This document shows, in pieces, positions 25,706 through 39,035 of a DNA stretch of 64,000 nucleotides (position 1 is the stretch's first letter; every line of letters begins with the position of its first letter). Source of the stretch: Podarcis vaucheri (lineage: Eukaryota); assembly GCA_965113315.1 (NCBI GenBank), contig OZ220364.1. The stretch is one strand, 5' to 3'. Made by a program: the position numbers and the translations under genes. The notes under the pieces were generated by a model. The model did not search any database. It was not told the DNA's origin and was given only the letters and a program-made list of their open reading frames with translations.

Positions 25706-27743
25706 TGGTGTGGTAAAAATGGTTAAATCCAGACAGTTCTCCCCACTTTTACAAAGAGGTTGGAACTAATGGAGGAGCACAGATAAAATTCACAGGTAGC
25801 AAGAGACACCACTACTTTCCACCTGAAAAGAGCAATAATGAGCTATGTATTCCCTTGTTGTTTTTTAAAAAATCACAATAGGAAGTAAATTAAGGCTGAA
25901 ATTCTAACTCCATACTGGTGAGTAAGCCTCACTGAATTCAGTGGGATTTTCTTCTGAATACAGTGCATATAGACTGCCTTTGGCAACACACCGCACTTCA
26001 GAAATATGAAAAGCAAAGAGTCACTTGTATACATCAGTGACTTTCTCACACCTTGGCAGCCCCTTTATCAGCCAAAAACAAATACCTTGCATTATTCACT
26101 CCCCTGTGTGTTCTCTTTCAAAGTAAATGAAGCAGCTAGCCACTCATCAATTAGCCATCTCACCACAGGGTTCTAAACCTCTATTGATCTTCATTGTAGC
26201 AGTCTGGGGAAACATCAAGCGAAGTGACATGTCAAAAAGTGTGACATTAATTATGTCTAATTTATGGACTTGAAAGAAAACCAAACCCTGCTGTGGATGA
26301 ATGTGGATTGCAATCTCTTAAATTCCAGTCCTGAACACTAAGTGAACATGCAGGTGCCTCTGTTCTGGGAGTGTGCGAAATGCATAATCAGTAAAACATA
26401 GAAGCCAGACATATTTCCTAGAAGCCAGCTTGGAAGAAAGAGGAAATGGAGACATGATGTTACTAGGGGATAAAAGACACTGTTGGTCCGCTCTGGTATC
26501 TTTTCCTCTCTTGCTCCCACTGGACCTTAAGGCAGTGCTTAACATAGCAGTGCTCAAGCCTTCTTGGAAATCATCTGACTTGGAGCCCCTTCCTCTTCCA
26601 GAGGCCTGATACAGTAGCATAGATGATAGGAGAAGATGGCATCCCACCAGGTTTCAGTAATGCCTATTAGGTCATATTTGCCATTATATATTAAGAGCAA
26701 TTCATCTTACTTGTTTCCCATACTCTGTGGGTTAGTATAGAGACAACCAAAACAGCAAGTCATTCCCTCCAGCTGCTTCCTTCTTGTAGTTTCCTGCCCT
26801 TTAGCAGGTTTCTGCAGCACCACCTCAGTTTCTTGTGCATCAATTAGGCTATTATCCCCAGTACCAAGTGTTCCACTGTCATTTGTAATATTGTCTCCCT
26901 CCCCCTTTGATCTGAAAGGAGCCCTCAGTCTGAATCTGGGGCCTGTATCAATTTCTTGCTGAAAATTACCCCACTCTACATAGTTCTCTACTGCTTAAGG
27001 TACTGTTTGCCATAAAACACATTCGGGGCAACTTATAGGGGGGGGGGGCTCATTTCAATAGAATGCTGGCTCAAGACCCCAATCTAAATCAGGAGTACAT
27101 TCCAGTTGGGAGCCCTATAGATCTTTCTCCCTCCTCTGCAAAAAAAGTTGACAGTTTAAACAGGTAGTCCTTCTGATATTGGCGGGCCAAGTCATTGAAG
27201 GCATTATATGTCATTTTATCATCTTAAATTGGTAGTGAATTAGCAATCAGTGCAGATCCACATAAAATGTGTCTGGTCAGAGACATCCAAGAGCAGCCTT
27301 GCCATTGTATTTTGCAGTAATTGCAGCTTCCAAACTGTATTCAAGGGCAGCTCCATGTAGAGCACATTGAAACAGTTCCAGACTGGAAATTACGCAGACC
27401 AAATATTATTGTAGCCAAGCTATAGCTATCCAGAAATGGCTGTATGTGCAGATAGTTTTCTTCAAGGGAGTAGCTTGAATCTAAGTGTGAGCATTGGACT
27501 CTCTGCAAATGTGAGGATATGGGTTTTCCCGCTTTGGAAATTATAAGTTGAGTACATTTTTGTGTTGTCTTGGCCACTTTATTTACATTAAAAAAACACT
27601 TTTAAGAATACAATTTAAATCAACATCCCAATCTTTTGAAAGCAGCATTGCCACCTTGAGGCAAAGATGTGTTAAAACACAGACCAAATGAAAAGGACAT
27701 AAAGGACATTTCAATTTCACTTTAAAAGGGGGAAATGTAATAA

Positions 27744-27806
<63 letters not shown>
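27744..27806. repeat. (AAT)21 microsatellite at a probable L2 tail
   Basis: Read directly; produces the poly-Tyr in track ORF 27583..28053. Confidence 0.95.
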
Positions 27807-27807
<1 letters not shown>

Positions 27808-27903
27808 CCACCTGCCCTGCGCCATAAGGTCCCAAGATGGGTTACATTTTTTAAAAAAAGATAAAGGGTATTTTGGAAAGGGTGAAATTCCATATAGAGC
27901 TGC

Positions 27904-28067
27904 TTCTTGTTTGGAGATCACTTGTAGCTGAGTAAGATTGTCTTCCATGAACATGGTCTTAACAGTGAGTCCATAAGTGACTGTGGAAGCCAATTCTGGA
28001 TCCACACATCCTTCTAAAGTGGGGACATAGGTTTCTGGGTGGGGGTTGATCATGGTGAAGATTTGCC
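27904..28067 (-). mobile_element. RTE-clade LINE 3' end (not Bov-B)
   Basis: Minus strand encodes ..NLCPHFRRMCGSRIGFHSHLWTHC*, the degenerate C-terminal zinc finger of RTE elements, then a short 3'UTR ending ..CAAGAAG. Confidence 0.75.
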
Positions 28068-28289
28068 ATACAGCTAATTAGGGTGTGAATGTGGGGAATG
28101 AGGTCTACCTGTACTATTATACTTTCCCCTGTGTGCTCCTGAATCCTATTCTGGGGCTTTCCACACCCTCCACACCAGATTTAGAGGTGCTCCAAGAGGG
28201 AAGGAGGGGACCTTGTTCTGTGCATACAACTTAGTTAAATCCTACCCTAAACAACTTCACCCCAGATTACCATACTGAAGCTATAAAGA

Positions 28290-28945
28290 GACAGTGCCTG
28301 ACACACCTCTGTAGCGAGGGTGCTCCACAGTTTTGTGGACATTGCATAGAAGACTGTCTCATGAGCCCTCTCACCTCATACTGCCAAAGAAGATGTCACC
28401 ATAAGAATTGTCTCTCGTCCTCTAGATTGCCATGTTCTGACCGGCAGAAAGAGCAGAAGGAACTCTTGCAGGTATTAGGGGCCCAAGTCATTTAGGGCTT
28501 TAAACCCCAAGGTGAGCACCTTGAATTGGGCTTGGAAGGGAATAGGCAGTTCGTATAAGTGCTTTAGGAGGTGTTACGCTTGTCCTGACAAGTTGTCCCA
28601 GACAGGAGTGCCACATTGTTCACTAGTTGCACTAGACAACCCCGTATAGAGGGCATTGCAATAATCTAATCTGAAGGTTATCAGAGCATGGAATACAATG
28701 GTCAAATCATTACTGTTAAGAAAGGGCCGTTGCTTGCATACCAGCTGAAGCTGGAAATAGGCACTCCTAGCCATCAAGTTCACTTGGCCTCAAGCAAAAA
28801 CAGTGTCTCAAGGAATACCTCCAAGGTATGCACCTGTTCCTTCCAGTGGGAGTAAAACTCCACCCAAAACAGGCCATCTCTGCACCTCATGGACCTGACA
28901 ACTCTGCCCACAGAGCACCTCAGTCTTATCTGAATTCAGCTTTGT
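28290..28945 (-). mobile_element. L2 LINE fragment
   Basis: Track ORF 28574..28783: ARSAYFQLQLV..HALITFRLDYCNALYTGL; KLNSDKTEVL. Confidence 0.8.
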
Positions 28946-30449
28946 GACTTAAACAGCTGTTCTCTTAGATAAGAATGGTGACAACAATCTAATTCAACTG
29001 AGCATTTTCTCTTGGTTAGTTTGCCTTACTGAGATAGAGGACAGTAAGGACCTATTGTTACTAACCCAGAAGTATGTAGGATGTGTATCTTGCATACTTC
29101 ATACTCCTAGGAGGAGGAAAACTCCTATGCTGGGCAACAGTCTCTCCAGATGTTTTTAAATGCCAGCTGTAAATGTTACCACTGTACAATTCATGTGGAA
29201 ACTGGGAGTGAGAGATTTCTTGTAACACCTTAAATATGAAAGTTATTTCCGTGTTAAATAACCAATTGCTTGTGACAGAGGAAGGTTGCTTTATTGGAAT
29301 TTCTTGTTAATTCCTTAGTAGCACTCAAAGTAAGAGCACTCATAGAGCGGTGCATGCCTCTTTGGCCAACATAAGAGTGCATGGTGCATTTAATACTGTG
29401 CTTTCACTGGCACCCGTTGATGGGGTTTTCCATTTCATTTAATGTTGTGTCCTGTCACTCAGAGACATTCCTCTACTGATTTTTCTCCAAATGCAGCCTG
29501 TACATAGAAATATTATTTGACAATTTTCCCAAACCTGGATAATCAAACATAATTATCTGCTGCAGTCTCTCTGCTGTTCATCTGACTTATAGGCACATTG
29601 CAGCTATAGCTTCTTCAAGCATAACAGCTCATTACTATACATGTCTACTCAAAAGTAACTCTTGTTAAATGGGATGAGGTTTACTCACAGGTAAATGGGT
29701 AAGGGATTGTTCCTCAGTCAGCTCTTGCCTGAAGTCTCAGGTGCAGAAGTGGTTCCAAATACATATCTTACACACTTATTCTCAACCACATCCTTCTGAC
29801 CCAAGGTCGCACAATTATAACATACTAGGTATTGCTGTTTGGCTTTCTCTACATTCTCCTTTTCAAGTTTGGCATAGCAAGTGAATGGGGAAATATGCTG
29901 GTCCATTTGTGATTTCTTCCATGCTGCCCTATATTGGTATCATTTTATAATATAGGAACAGTGGTTTATTGCCAGGGTGTATTTTGATACAGCTTTATTA
30001 CTTAGAACCACAACCATTATTCTTAGTGCATGATGTGCTGGTATCCTATACCAGATTAGTGGAGCTATAGCTGGCTGGGCATATCTGTCCTATAATACTC
30101 TCCAATTTCACATCACTACTCATTTAAAAAGGGAAGATAATTTTCTTTACAATACTCTGACAATTATTTCTTCAAAAGAACCTTTTACAGTTTTATTGCC
30201 CTTGCATAATCTCCCACATATACTCATTAAGCCAGAACAGACATAAGGCTGACAAATAGTTAATGATGGTTAAGATATCAAGAGCAGGCTGTGGGATCAT
30301 GCACTCCATGTCACTCCATGACTTCTTTCATGCCTCTCCATTTATACATGAACACATCAGCTGTAGCTAAAGCATAAAGTGGCACTGTCCTGAACCCATG
30401 GTTAATGTAATTGTTATAGCTAAATGTAAATGGATAAGGCTGGGGAATT

Positions 30450-30450
<1 letters not shown>

Positions 30451-30487
<37 letters not shown>

Positions 30488-30536
30488 TGAGAGTGAGAGT
30501 GAGTGAGAGAGAGAGAGAGAGAGAGAGAGCGCGCGC
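30451..30536. repeat. Compound (GT)n-(GA)n-(GC)n microsatellite
   Basis: Read directly. Confidence 0.95.
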
Positions 30537-30552
30537 AAGGGCAATTTTTGTG

Positions 30553-31090
30553 AGTGAGGCCAAGGGTGCAGAGGAGGGAGCATAGAACTGGTCCGACTGC
30601 GCTGGCTACCAATTATTTCCAGGCCCAATTCAAAGTGCTGGTTTTGACCTATAAAGTCTTAAACAGCTCAGGACCGCAATTCCTCAAGGACCTCATCTTT
30701 CCATATGAACCTATCTGGACCCTAAGATCATCTTCTGAGGCCCTCCTTTGTGTGTCTCCTCCTCGAGAGGTCCTGAGGGTGGCAACATGACAGCGGCTGC
30801 AGTGGCTCCCTGTCTGTGGAATGCGCTCCCCAGGGAAGTTCGCCTGGCACCTTCATTATATACCTTTAGGCACCAGGCAAAGACATTCCTTTTTAACCAC
30901 GCCTTTGGATGATTTGATTTACATCCTATGCCCTTTTAAAATGTGGTGGGGGTTTTTTGGGGGGCAAGTATTTGGTTTTTTTTATTTTGATTATGTATTT
31001 TGTGGTTTTATATTTTGATTTTATTTTGTGAGCCACCCGGAGACCTCCAGGCATAGGGTGATATATAAATTCAAATAACAACAAAAACAA
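30553..31090 (+). mobile_element. L2 LINE 3' end
   Basis: LRWLP..FQAQFKVLVLTYKVLN..RSSSEALL; AAPCLWNALP; 3' tail. Confidence 0.8.
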
Positions 31091-32975
31091 AAACAACTGC
31101 TTCAAATATTGAACAAAATCACCAGTTTCCTGTCCGTATCACCTCATAATCTCTCCCAAAGTAATGCATCTCTTTTTTATAATTCAGAATGGCCTGCAAA
31201 TTACCAAATAGGATAATTATGATGAATTACCACATAAAAATATCAAAAATAAAAGCAGCATAATAATAAGAATAAGTGTTAGATTTATCCCATACAGTAT
31301 TTCCATGCATGAGTCCCAGTTAGATCTGTATTGTCTATGTTATGAAAAGCCTTCATTTAGTTAGTTGCTATATTTTATTTATTTGGATCCCACCACAGTG
31401 CTGTGGTTTCTGGGCTTGTAATTATTTCTATAAATAAAATCAATACACTACGTCTGCATTCTTGTGTCAGTAATTCGTACTGAGCCACATTGAACTCAAT
31501 GGGATTTACTAAACACACATAAGCTAAGTCTGCATAGCAGGAATGTATACAGTACTTGTATGCATATGACCTATTAAAATGTCATCAACTGGCTAATCAC
31601 TACTGTTAAATGATTTGTCCAGGATTAAAAAAGATCCTGTTATGTCACAGACAAATAAATCCTGTATTTGGCCATATACTATAGCTTCACATTTTAGTCT
31701 ATAAGATTAAAAAGTGATTAGTGATTTTGTCTGTCCCCCCATTAAACACCTCATATTTAGGGATTTAGGAACAGGAAGTGTTAGTGTAATAAATAGTTAC
31801 TGGAATGTTTGTGTCTGGATAGAAGTGAGATAAATGGTAACATCTTCTGACAGGTGAAATAATTTATTGTTTCCTCAGATGTGAAGTCTTAGTTTGTTGG
31901 GGGAAAGCAGCCAATGAACGTTTACCTCTTCAGCAGCTCATTCAAATAATTAGAAATAATTTTAGTTTAGAAAGACGCTAAAGTGGTATTAACAAAAGAA
32001 CATGTGGCTCTTATCACAATGAGAATGAAAGTAACAAGAACAGTGAACAATGCCAAAGCTGAAGAAAGCGCATTGGCATTAATGAGCCAGAGAAAAGGGA
32101 AAGGATTAGAGGGAATGCAGGTACCTACTACACAATATGACTGCAGCTTTTTAGTCAATGCTTGACGGTAGAAGGCAGATAGGAATGAAAAGAAGTAATT
32201 ACTAAGAGAAATGACTCATGGCTCGCAGAAATGTGTGGTTTACTCATAAAATGTTATCACATGATTAATCTGCAGCTAGAGGACTGAAATGCCAAGTATC
32301 TAAAAGATTGAAGTCTATGACTTTTGCCAATGAGGCTTCTTTCTGTTATCTTTTGCACATCCACAGAAGAGCAGAAACAGTTTTTGTTGAAATTCTGCTC
32401 CCTTTAAAGAATTAAGCAGTACTAACAGAGGCCCTTGAAAGTGTGCAAGTCATTAGAAACTATGAGCCCTTAACCCAGTATTATTAGGTATCTAGGTATC
32501 TACATCTGGTTCCATGAGTCCAGTGGATACCTGTAGTTCGGAATGGCCCATTGAAATCCATTAGAGTTATGGCCAAGAGACACAGGTAGACTTGTCCCAT
32601 GTATAATCATAGGCATTAGACTTGTGGAATTTTGCACAGCCAGTCTTCTATTTACTGTCCAAAGTTGACATTGCTGCTTTTGGGTGAATAGCAAGAGAAT
32701 TTTTACTGTTGGACCACAGGAATTGGTAGCTCTAGACATGCTGAGATGAAAGATGTTCCTTGTGGTCAAAATCCCAGTGCTGATTGACAGAACATTAATA
32801 GCAAGAAGGCTTGGAGATTGCAATAAGACTCCTTCCAACATGAAGTTAGTCTTGGGATTCTATCACTGTCATACCACTGGAAGGCAAGATGATGAAGTTT
32901 GGGGAAAGTTCCAGGATAAGTGGCAATGAGCCTTCTTTCCTTCTACAACTTTGTAGTTGTTCTAGCATTGGGGTA

Positions 32976-33340
32976 AAGGTAAAGGTAAAGGTACCCCTGC
33001 CCGAACGGGCCAGTCTTGACAGACTATGGGGTTTGTGCGCCCATCTCACATCTAGAGGCCGGGGGCCAGCGCTGTCCGGAGACACTTCCGGGTCACGTGG
33101 CCAGCGTGACAACGCTGCTCTGGCGAGCCAGAGCCGCACACGGAACGCCATTTACCTTCCCGCTGGTAAGCGGTACCTATTTATCTACTTGCCCCCGGGG
33201 GTGCTTTCGAACTGCTAGGTTGGCAGGCGCTGGGACCGAGCAGCGGGAGCGCACCCCGCCGCGGGGATTCGAACCGCCGACCTTTCGATCGGCAAGCCCT
33301 AGGCGCTGAGGCTTTAGCCCACAGCGCCACCCGCGTCCCT
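32976..33340 (-). mobile_element. Sauria/Squam1 SINE, full length, young; same subfamily as 14923
   Basis: (AAAGGT)n tail; shared diagnostic CTGGCCCGT(A/T)CGGGCAGGGGTAC; perfect 13-bp TSD TAGCATTGGGGTA. Confidence 0.96.
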
Positions 33341-34009
33341 TAGCATTGGGGTAGCATCCCACAAAGAGATGGGGCAGAGAGGAGTGGCCCAGTTGCTAAT
33401 GTGATCGGCTTGCACTGTTAGCATACATGCTTTTGTTTGAGTTGTTAAAAGGTATGTAAAGTGAAGCGAGCTAAATAGAGGACAAGCTAGTTTCCTGGTG
33501 TGCAGAAACACTGCAAACAGCACGGGAAATAAATGGGAATACAGCTGATTCAACACCCTCCCCTCTAGAGCAGGTCCAGGCCCTCCCTCCCTCATATGTG
33601 TGTATGGACAAACAAACAGGATGAATATTTCAAAGGAAAGCCTTGGAAGAGACCACTAGTTGCTGCCCATTCTAAGTATGCTGGCATCCAGACTATGGAT
33701 CCCTTTGCTCCCCCTCCTTTGATTTGATTAAGTTATTGTATTGTACTGGTTCTTTATGATTTGTAAAATGTCTGTGGGTAGGAGGCAAAATACTTTGTGC
33801 ACCAGCGTGGGCAGCAAGGAATTAACATTGGAGAGGCTTGTGGAATTAACAATGGAGAGGAATGAAAGAGAGGTAATATAGCTACTAAAATGCATAGTGC
33901 AGTTATAAGAGCTAAAGTAATTAGACTATTAGAATATAATTAGAATTAAAATATACAGCTACTAAGTTAGTGTCATTAAAACATGAATATTTAATGTGTA
34001 TTCCTAATA

Positions 34010-35723
34010 GCTCTGGTGGCATCCATCTGTCTTAGGAGACCATGGAGGAGTGCATATTTGGGGGTGAAATCAAACTGTTAGAAGGTTGCAGCACCTACTG
34101 TGGTTGTAGAAACTGATACAGGAGAGACATGTTTTGTTGCAGCTGGGGCAGATGAAAGCATCCATTTGTGCTGCTACAGATACACCATGGTGTTTCTTCT
34201 CTCTGCGCTCCACCAAGTGGTCATTCCTCCTCTGGTCACTGACTGGTCACATGCACGACCTGACTGTCTCCAGGCATTGCAGTCATCTACAAGGGCAAGG
34301 TTGATGGTCCCAGCTTCCATGTCACATTTGCAGACATCTTTGTAATGCTGAGTGCATGGGGTGCTGGCGATGTCCTGACCCAAGATGTTGGTCGTTGTCA
34401 GGCTGAACTCAGTGCAGCCTTGGGCAAAATAGCTGATGGGTCTCTGAAGAGCTTCCTTGGAGTGTATTGTCAAGGCAGTGTTATCTACATACAACGTCTC
34501 TCAGATAATGACCCGCCACACTTTTGTCTTGATGTGGAGATGGCCCAGGTTAAACAGACCCTCGTCGCTCCTTGAATGGATGTACACACCATCTTCAGTT
34601 GAGCTTAAGGCATAGGAGAGCAACAGAGAGAAGAATATGCCATGGAGACTTGGGGTGAGAACACAGCCCTGTTTCACACGGCTCTTTATAGGGAAGGCAT
34701 CTGAGGATCAGCTGTCATATTAGACGGTGCTGTGCATGTTTTCATGGAAGAATACAATCATCTTGTGAAGCTCAGGTGGGCATCCTATATTGTTTAGTCC
34801 TTTTTGGCTAATGAGATCAAAGGCCTTGTCCATGAAAGTGCTGTATAAGGGGCATCTCTGCTCTCGCCATGTCTCCTGCAGTTGGCACAGCAAGAAAATC
34901 ATGTCAACTGTTGATCTCTGTGTCAGTGAGTGATTGCAATCTGTTGAGAACTACATGGCCGAGGCTTTCCCCACAGTACTCAGTGGGAGATCCCATGGTA
35001 GTTGTTAAAGTCATGGTGGTCATATTTGTTCTTGTAGAACAGGGGTATGCAGCCTAAGGCCTGTGGGCCAGAAACTGCCCAATTGCCTTCTCAATCCAGC
35101 CCGTGGACAGTCCAGGAATCAGTGTGTTTTTACACGAGTGGAATGTGTCCTTTTATTTAAAATGCATCTCTGGGTTATTTGTGGGGCATAGGATTCATTC
35201 ATCCCCCCCCCCAAATCTATATATATAGTCCAGCCCACCACATGGTCTGAGGGATGGTGGACCGGTCCACGGCTGAAAAAGGTTGCTGACCCCTGTTGTA
35301 GAGGGTCACAATGCTGGAGTCATGCATGTCTCGTGGCATGAATTTTTGTTCCCAACATTGCAAGAGGGCGCTGCGGAGTTATATCATGAGGGAGGAATTG
35401 AAGTTGGCTTTCAGTGATGCTGTCCTGCCCTGGGGCTTTACCTCATGCCTGAGAGTTGATGGCTCATCAAGGGAGAGTCTGGATACTGTCAGCTGCTATG
35501 TCAGAGACCATGCTTTCCTGTAAGTACAATTCTAGAAAGTGCTCGGCTCATCACTTCATCTGCTTGCTTGTGGTCTGTGATGCTCCCTCCTGAGAAGGTT
35601 TTCAGCGGTGCAGTTTTCATGACCATTGGTCCAAAGGCTTTCTTCATGCCTGTGTACATTTTGCAAGTGTTGCTAGTGTCGTCAGTGAGTTGAATGCTCT
35701 GACAGAATTTTAGGCAGTAATTG
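34010..35723 (-). mobile_element. RTE-clade LINE (not Bov-B), 5'-truncated and internally deleted, interrupted by a hAT MITE
   Basis: Minus-strand peptides GMKKAFGP..TAPLKT, SIVTLYKNK..NNYHGIS, TVDMIF..QLQE..EQR, GVKQGCVL, MYVDNTAL; 3' end GTCTCCTAAGACAGATGGATGCC. Confidence 0.85.
35040..35295. mobile_element. hAT (Charlie-like) MITE inserted in the RTE
   Basis: CAGGGGT..ACCCCTG TIRs; 8-bp TSD TTGTAGAA/TTGTAGAG (RTE codons TLYK). Confidence 0.88.
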
Positions 35724-37344
35724 CTCCCCTGATGATATAAAAGGGGGAGTAAGTTATTACCCCTCCCCAGCTGAACTGGGAGAAAAGAGTGCTTTGAAAG
35801 AGTGAAACATGTCACTTGCTAACCAGTGTAACAAGAAACAATGGTTAGCTGCGAAATGAGTCAACTTCAAGCAATGGGACAAGATCCTGGCTTGTTTTAA
35901 CTAGACATTTTATATTCACTTTCTTCCTCACCAGGGTATCGCCCCTGTCCCATTACGTGCCTTCCTTCTCTCTCCATTTCTTCGCTCCTCAACTGTATTG
36001 AAACTTCCTTTGGTTTGGTGTAAATTGTTTTCCTCTAATCATTGCTGCAAAATGGAATCAACAGTTTTCTATTTTGTTATAGCCTTTTAAAAATGAAATG
36101 GATTTAGCAAGTAAGTTCTCTTGGAAATATGATTTGTAAGGAAGAGGCAAAGCTGTTGTGTGGCTGCTTAGCAGCACCTTTTGCAAATCATTCTCTTGTT
36201 TACAACCGTTGTTGTAGACTTCAGACCTTCATTGTTGATATCCGTATTTTGTTATAGTCCCATTAACCATTTACAGTGCAATTAGTATATTTGCAACAAT
36301 AAACTATGTGAATGATGGTGAAAACAGCTTTTGCTATGTGGGTAAGGTTTTCCTATGCTTTCAGTGTTTCTTTAAAATTTCATCAGGCAGCTAGAAGCAC
36401 ATGAAGGTTAGTTGCCTGTCAAAGTAGATCAGTGACTGTAGAGCTAAGCTAGTCTCGGCCTCCTCCCAGAGGAATGGCTCAGTTTGTTTTGGTGAGCTGA
36501 AATGAACCCTCTATTTGAAGAAGTGGTGAAAAGAACTGAATCTCAGTAAGTGCCAGCAACTCTTCAAACATTTGGGCCTCGTAGACACCCCCCCCCCTTC
36601 ATGTATGCTTTTTCTTCTAATTCCCAGTTAAGCAGAAAGCCTGCCTTTCACCTTAGGCATCCTCTCCAAAGATGAAGTGGTGGGCATTCTTTTCATATCA
36701 GGAAAAGAAAAGCACCATTAAGTTTATTTCAGAGATGAAGGTTAGACCCATTACGAGCAATGCAGCACTACTCAGGTGCAAGATTGGATAAATTGGATGG
36801 TGGTCCAGCTGCAGTCCTGTTTGGATGAAGATTTCCCTGCTTTAGTGGGCTACACTCTGCTACTACAATGTATTAAAAGTTGTACTACTTCTGAGGATGG
36901 TTTAGATTGAAACTACAGCTCTGCCAGTGCTCCTGGCTCAGCCTCTCACCCCACTGAGGGGAAGGAACTACAGCCACATACACCTTTGTGTGCAGTAATG
37001 ATTTGTTCTGCCCCATGCATCTGGTCTATGATTCTGCAAAGCGAAATTGCTCGTGAGTCTGTGGCCAGTAGTGGTAGTGACAGAAATGGAATGCCTCCGA
37101 TTCACCGATGGAAAGCTTGTCTGCATGCAGGGAGGATTGCTTAACCCATGTGGTAGGCACTGCTCTCAGCTTCTGCTCATGAAGAAAGTGGCAAGGAATG
37201 GAGTAAGGGAATGGGAAAAGAAATGAAAAGTAGTTAAAGCAGTTATATTTTGCAGCATGGAGCTCCCTCTTTCCTTGTGTACCTGTGTGTTGTACTCTTC
37301 TTTGTATGCATCCCCAGCTGGGGCTGGGTTTTGAGGTATAAGAA

Positions 37345-37620
37345 CAGAATCATAGAGCTGGATGAGACCTCAAACTTGGGTCTCCAGCTGTTTTGGGACT
37401 ACAGTTCCCATCATCCCTGAACACTGGCCCTGCTAGCTAGAGATGATTGGAGTTGTAGTCCAAATACAGCTGGAGACCCAAGTTTGGGAAACCCTGATCT
37501 AGCCCAGCAAACTGCTGGTGCAGGAAATCCACTGCTACAGAAACCCCGATATGTGTCAATCCAGCCTTACCTTTTAAAGGTGAAAGGAGAGTTTACCAGC
37601 TTCTGCGGCAGCCTGTTCCT
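37345..37620 (-). mobile_element. CR1 3' end (same tail type as the tRNA SINEs), interrupted by a hairpin hAT MITE at 37369-37496
   Basis: CAGAATCATAGAGCTGGA.. | ATCTAGCCCAGC..TGCAGGAAATCC..GGCAGCCTGTTCC. Confidence 0.65.
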
Positions 37621-38023
37621 CTAAAGCAGAGCTGGGGAACCATATGTCACTTTCCAAGCCTCTCTATCCAGCTCTTGGCTACAGTTCTCTCTGGCCCTGC
37701 TCAGCAGCCCTCGTAAGTGCTTTTACCTGACTGAAATGTCTTATTGAACTGTGTTAATGCCTTTTGCCTTTCGGCTGCCTAGAAGGTGTGTGCATGCGAA
37801 CATGCCATGTGTAGGTATGTAAACCTGACTTTTGTGTGGTTGGAATGTAGCCTGCTATGCAAAGGTGAAAGCCATATCCATTTCTCTGCCCAGTTTTGCC
37901 TCTGGCTCCACCCTCCACTGGCATGCATCCCCCAGAAGTCTGCATGTGAGGGTACATGACAGTCAGAGAAAACTTGCACAAATTGTTGAAAAGGCAATCT
38001 GCCTCTCCTACCTCAAATAAGTA

Positions 38024-38264
38024 CAGTGGTACCTTGGTTTAAGAACAGCCCTGTTTACGAACTATTCAGTATACAAACTCCACAAAACCGGAAGTAGTGT
38101 TCCGGTTAGTGAACTTTACCTTGGTCTACGAACAGAAGCCGAATGGTGGAAGGACACCAGCGGCGGGAGGCCTCATTAGGGAAAGCGCACCTTGGTTTAA
38201 GAACGGCTTTGGTTTAAGAACAGACTTCCGGAACGAATTAAGTTCATAAACTGAGGTACCACTG
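38024..38264. mobile_element. Tc1/mariner (pogo/Tigger-like) MITE
   Basis: TIR CAGTGGTACCT../..AGGTACCACTG flanked by TA on both sides. Confidence 0.9.
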
Positions 38265-38609
38265 TAGTTGTGAATCTTGTTGGTTGTAGCACATCTTGTC
38301 AAACTTTTACAGTTTCAAAAGCGGGTTTAAAACACTTCATGTATCTCTTTACAAATACTCCAAGACATTGGGCTAGATGGACCAGTTGTCTGACTCACTA
38401 TAAGGCAGCTTCCAAGGTGCCTCAGATCAGTATATTTTTGCGTGGTATGACAGCCGAGGTTGTGCCAAGCTCAAACATCCAAAATAAGAATGTTAAAAAT
38501 TTCTGTCTTGCCACTGGGAAGGTTTTGGTTTAGAATGCTTTTTTTATAGTCTGGCCAATGAACAGCCTACTTTCTTGTTTCCCTGTGTGACCCATATAGC
38601 TATCAGGGG

Positions 38610-39035
38610 TAGAGATGTGGAAAAAATTTGATTCAGGTCTCATTTAAAGCCGAATCTATCAAATTCACACTTTCCAGAAGGATATGCAATCCCCCTATGC
38701 TTTAAAATTTGCACTTGTCTGAATTTTAGTATCCCAGTTCGCCAACCATCGTTTAAAAAAATGCTTTCATTAAGAGAAAGTATTGTTGAAAATGAATATA
38801 TTGGTGGAAAAGACATAGCATTACATTAGGAGAAATTGCTTGCAAAAACTGCAAATAAAAATGTGCTTATTAGGAGAAGTTTGCACTAAAATGCTGGTGG
38901 ATTTTCATTAGGAATTTTTAAAACAAACAAACAAACAAACAAACCCAAAACCACAAATTGCTGTGAAATGTGGAGAACTGAATTTAAGATTAGAAAAATG
39001 AAGAGAGCTGAAATCGACAGGTCTTTCAATCTCTA
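38610..39035. mobile_element. hAT-like MITE (TAGAGATG..ATCTCTA)
   Basis: Inverted termini and AT-rich interior; TSD degraded. Confidence 0.55.

Noticed and set aside
27583-28053. 156-aa poly-Tyr ORF
   Set aside because: It comes from the (AAT)21 microsatellite plus an off-frame RTE 3' end.
32200-36050. AP-1, SOX, RUNX and HRE motif clusters near 32.2 kb and 35.85 kb as glial enhancers
   Set aside because: Motifs of 6-8 bp are expected by chance in 64 kb, and I have no conservation data.
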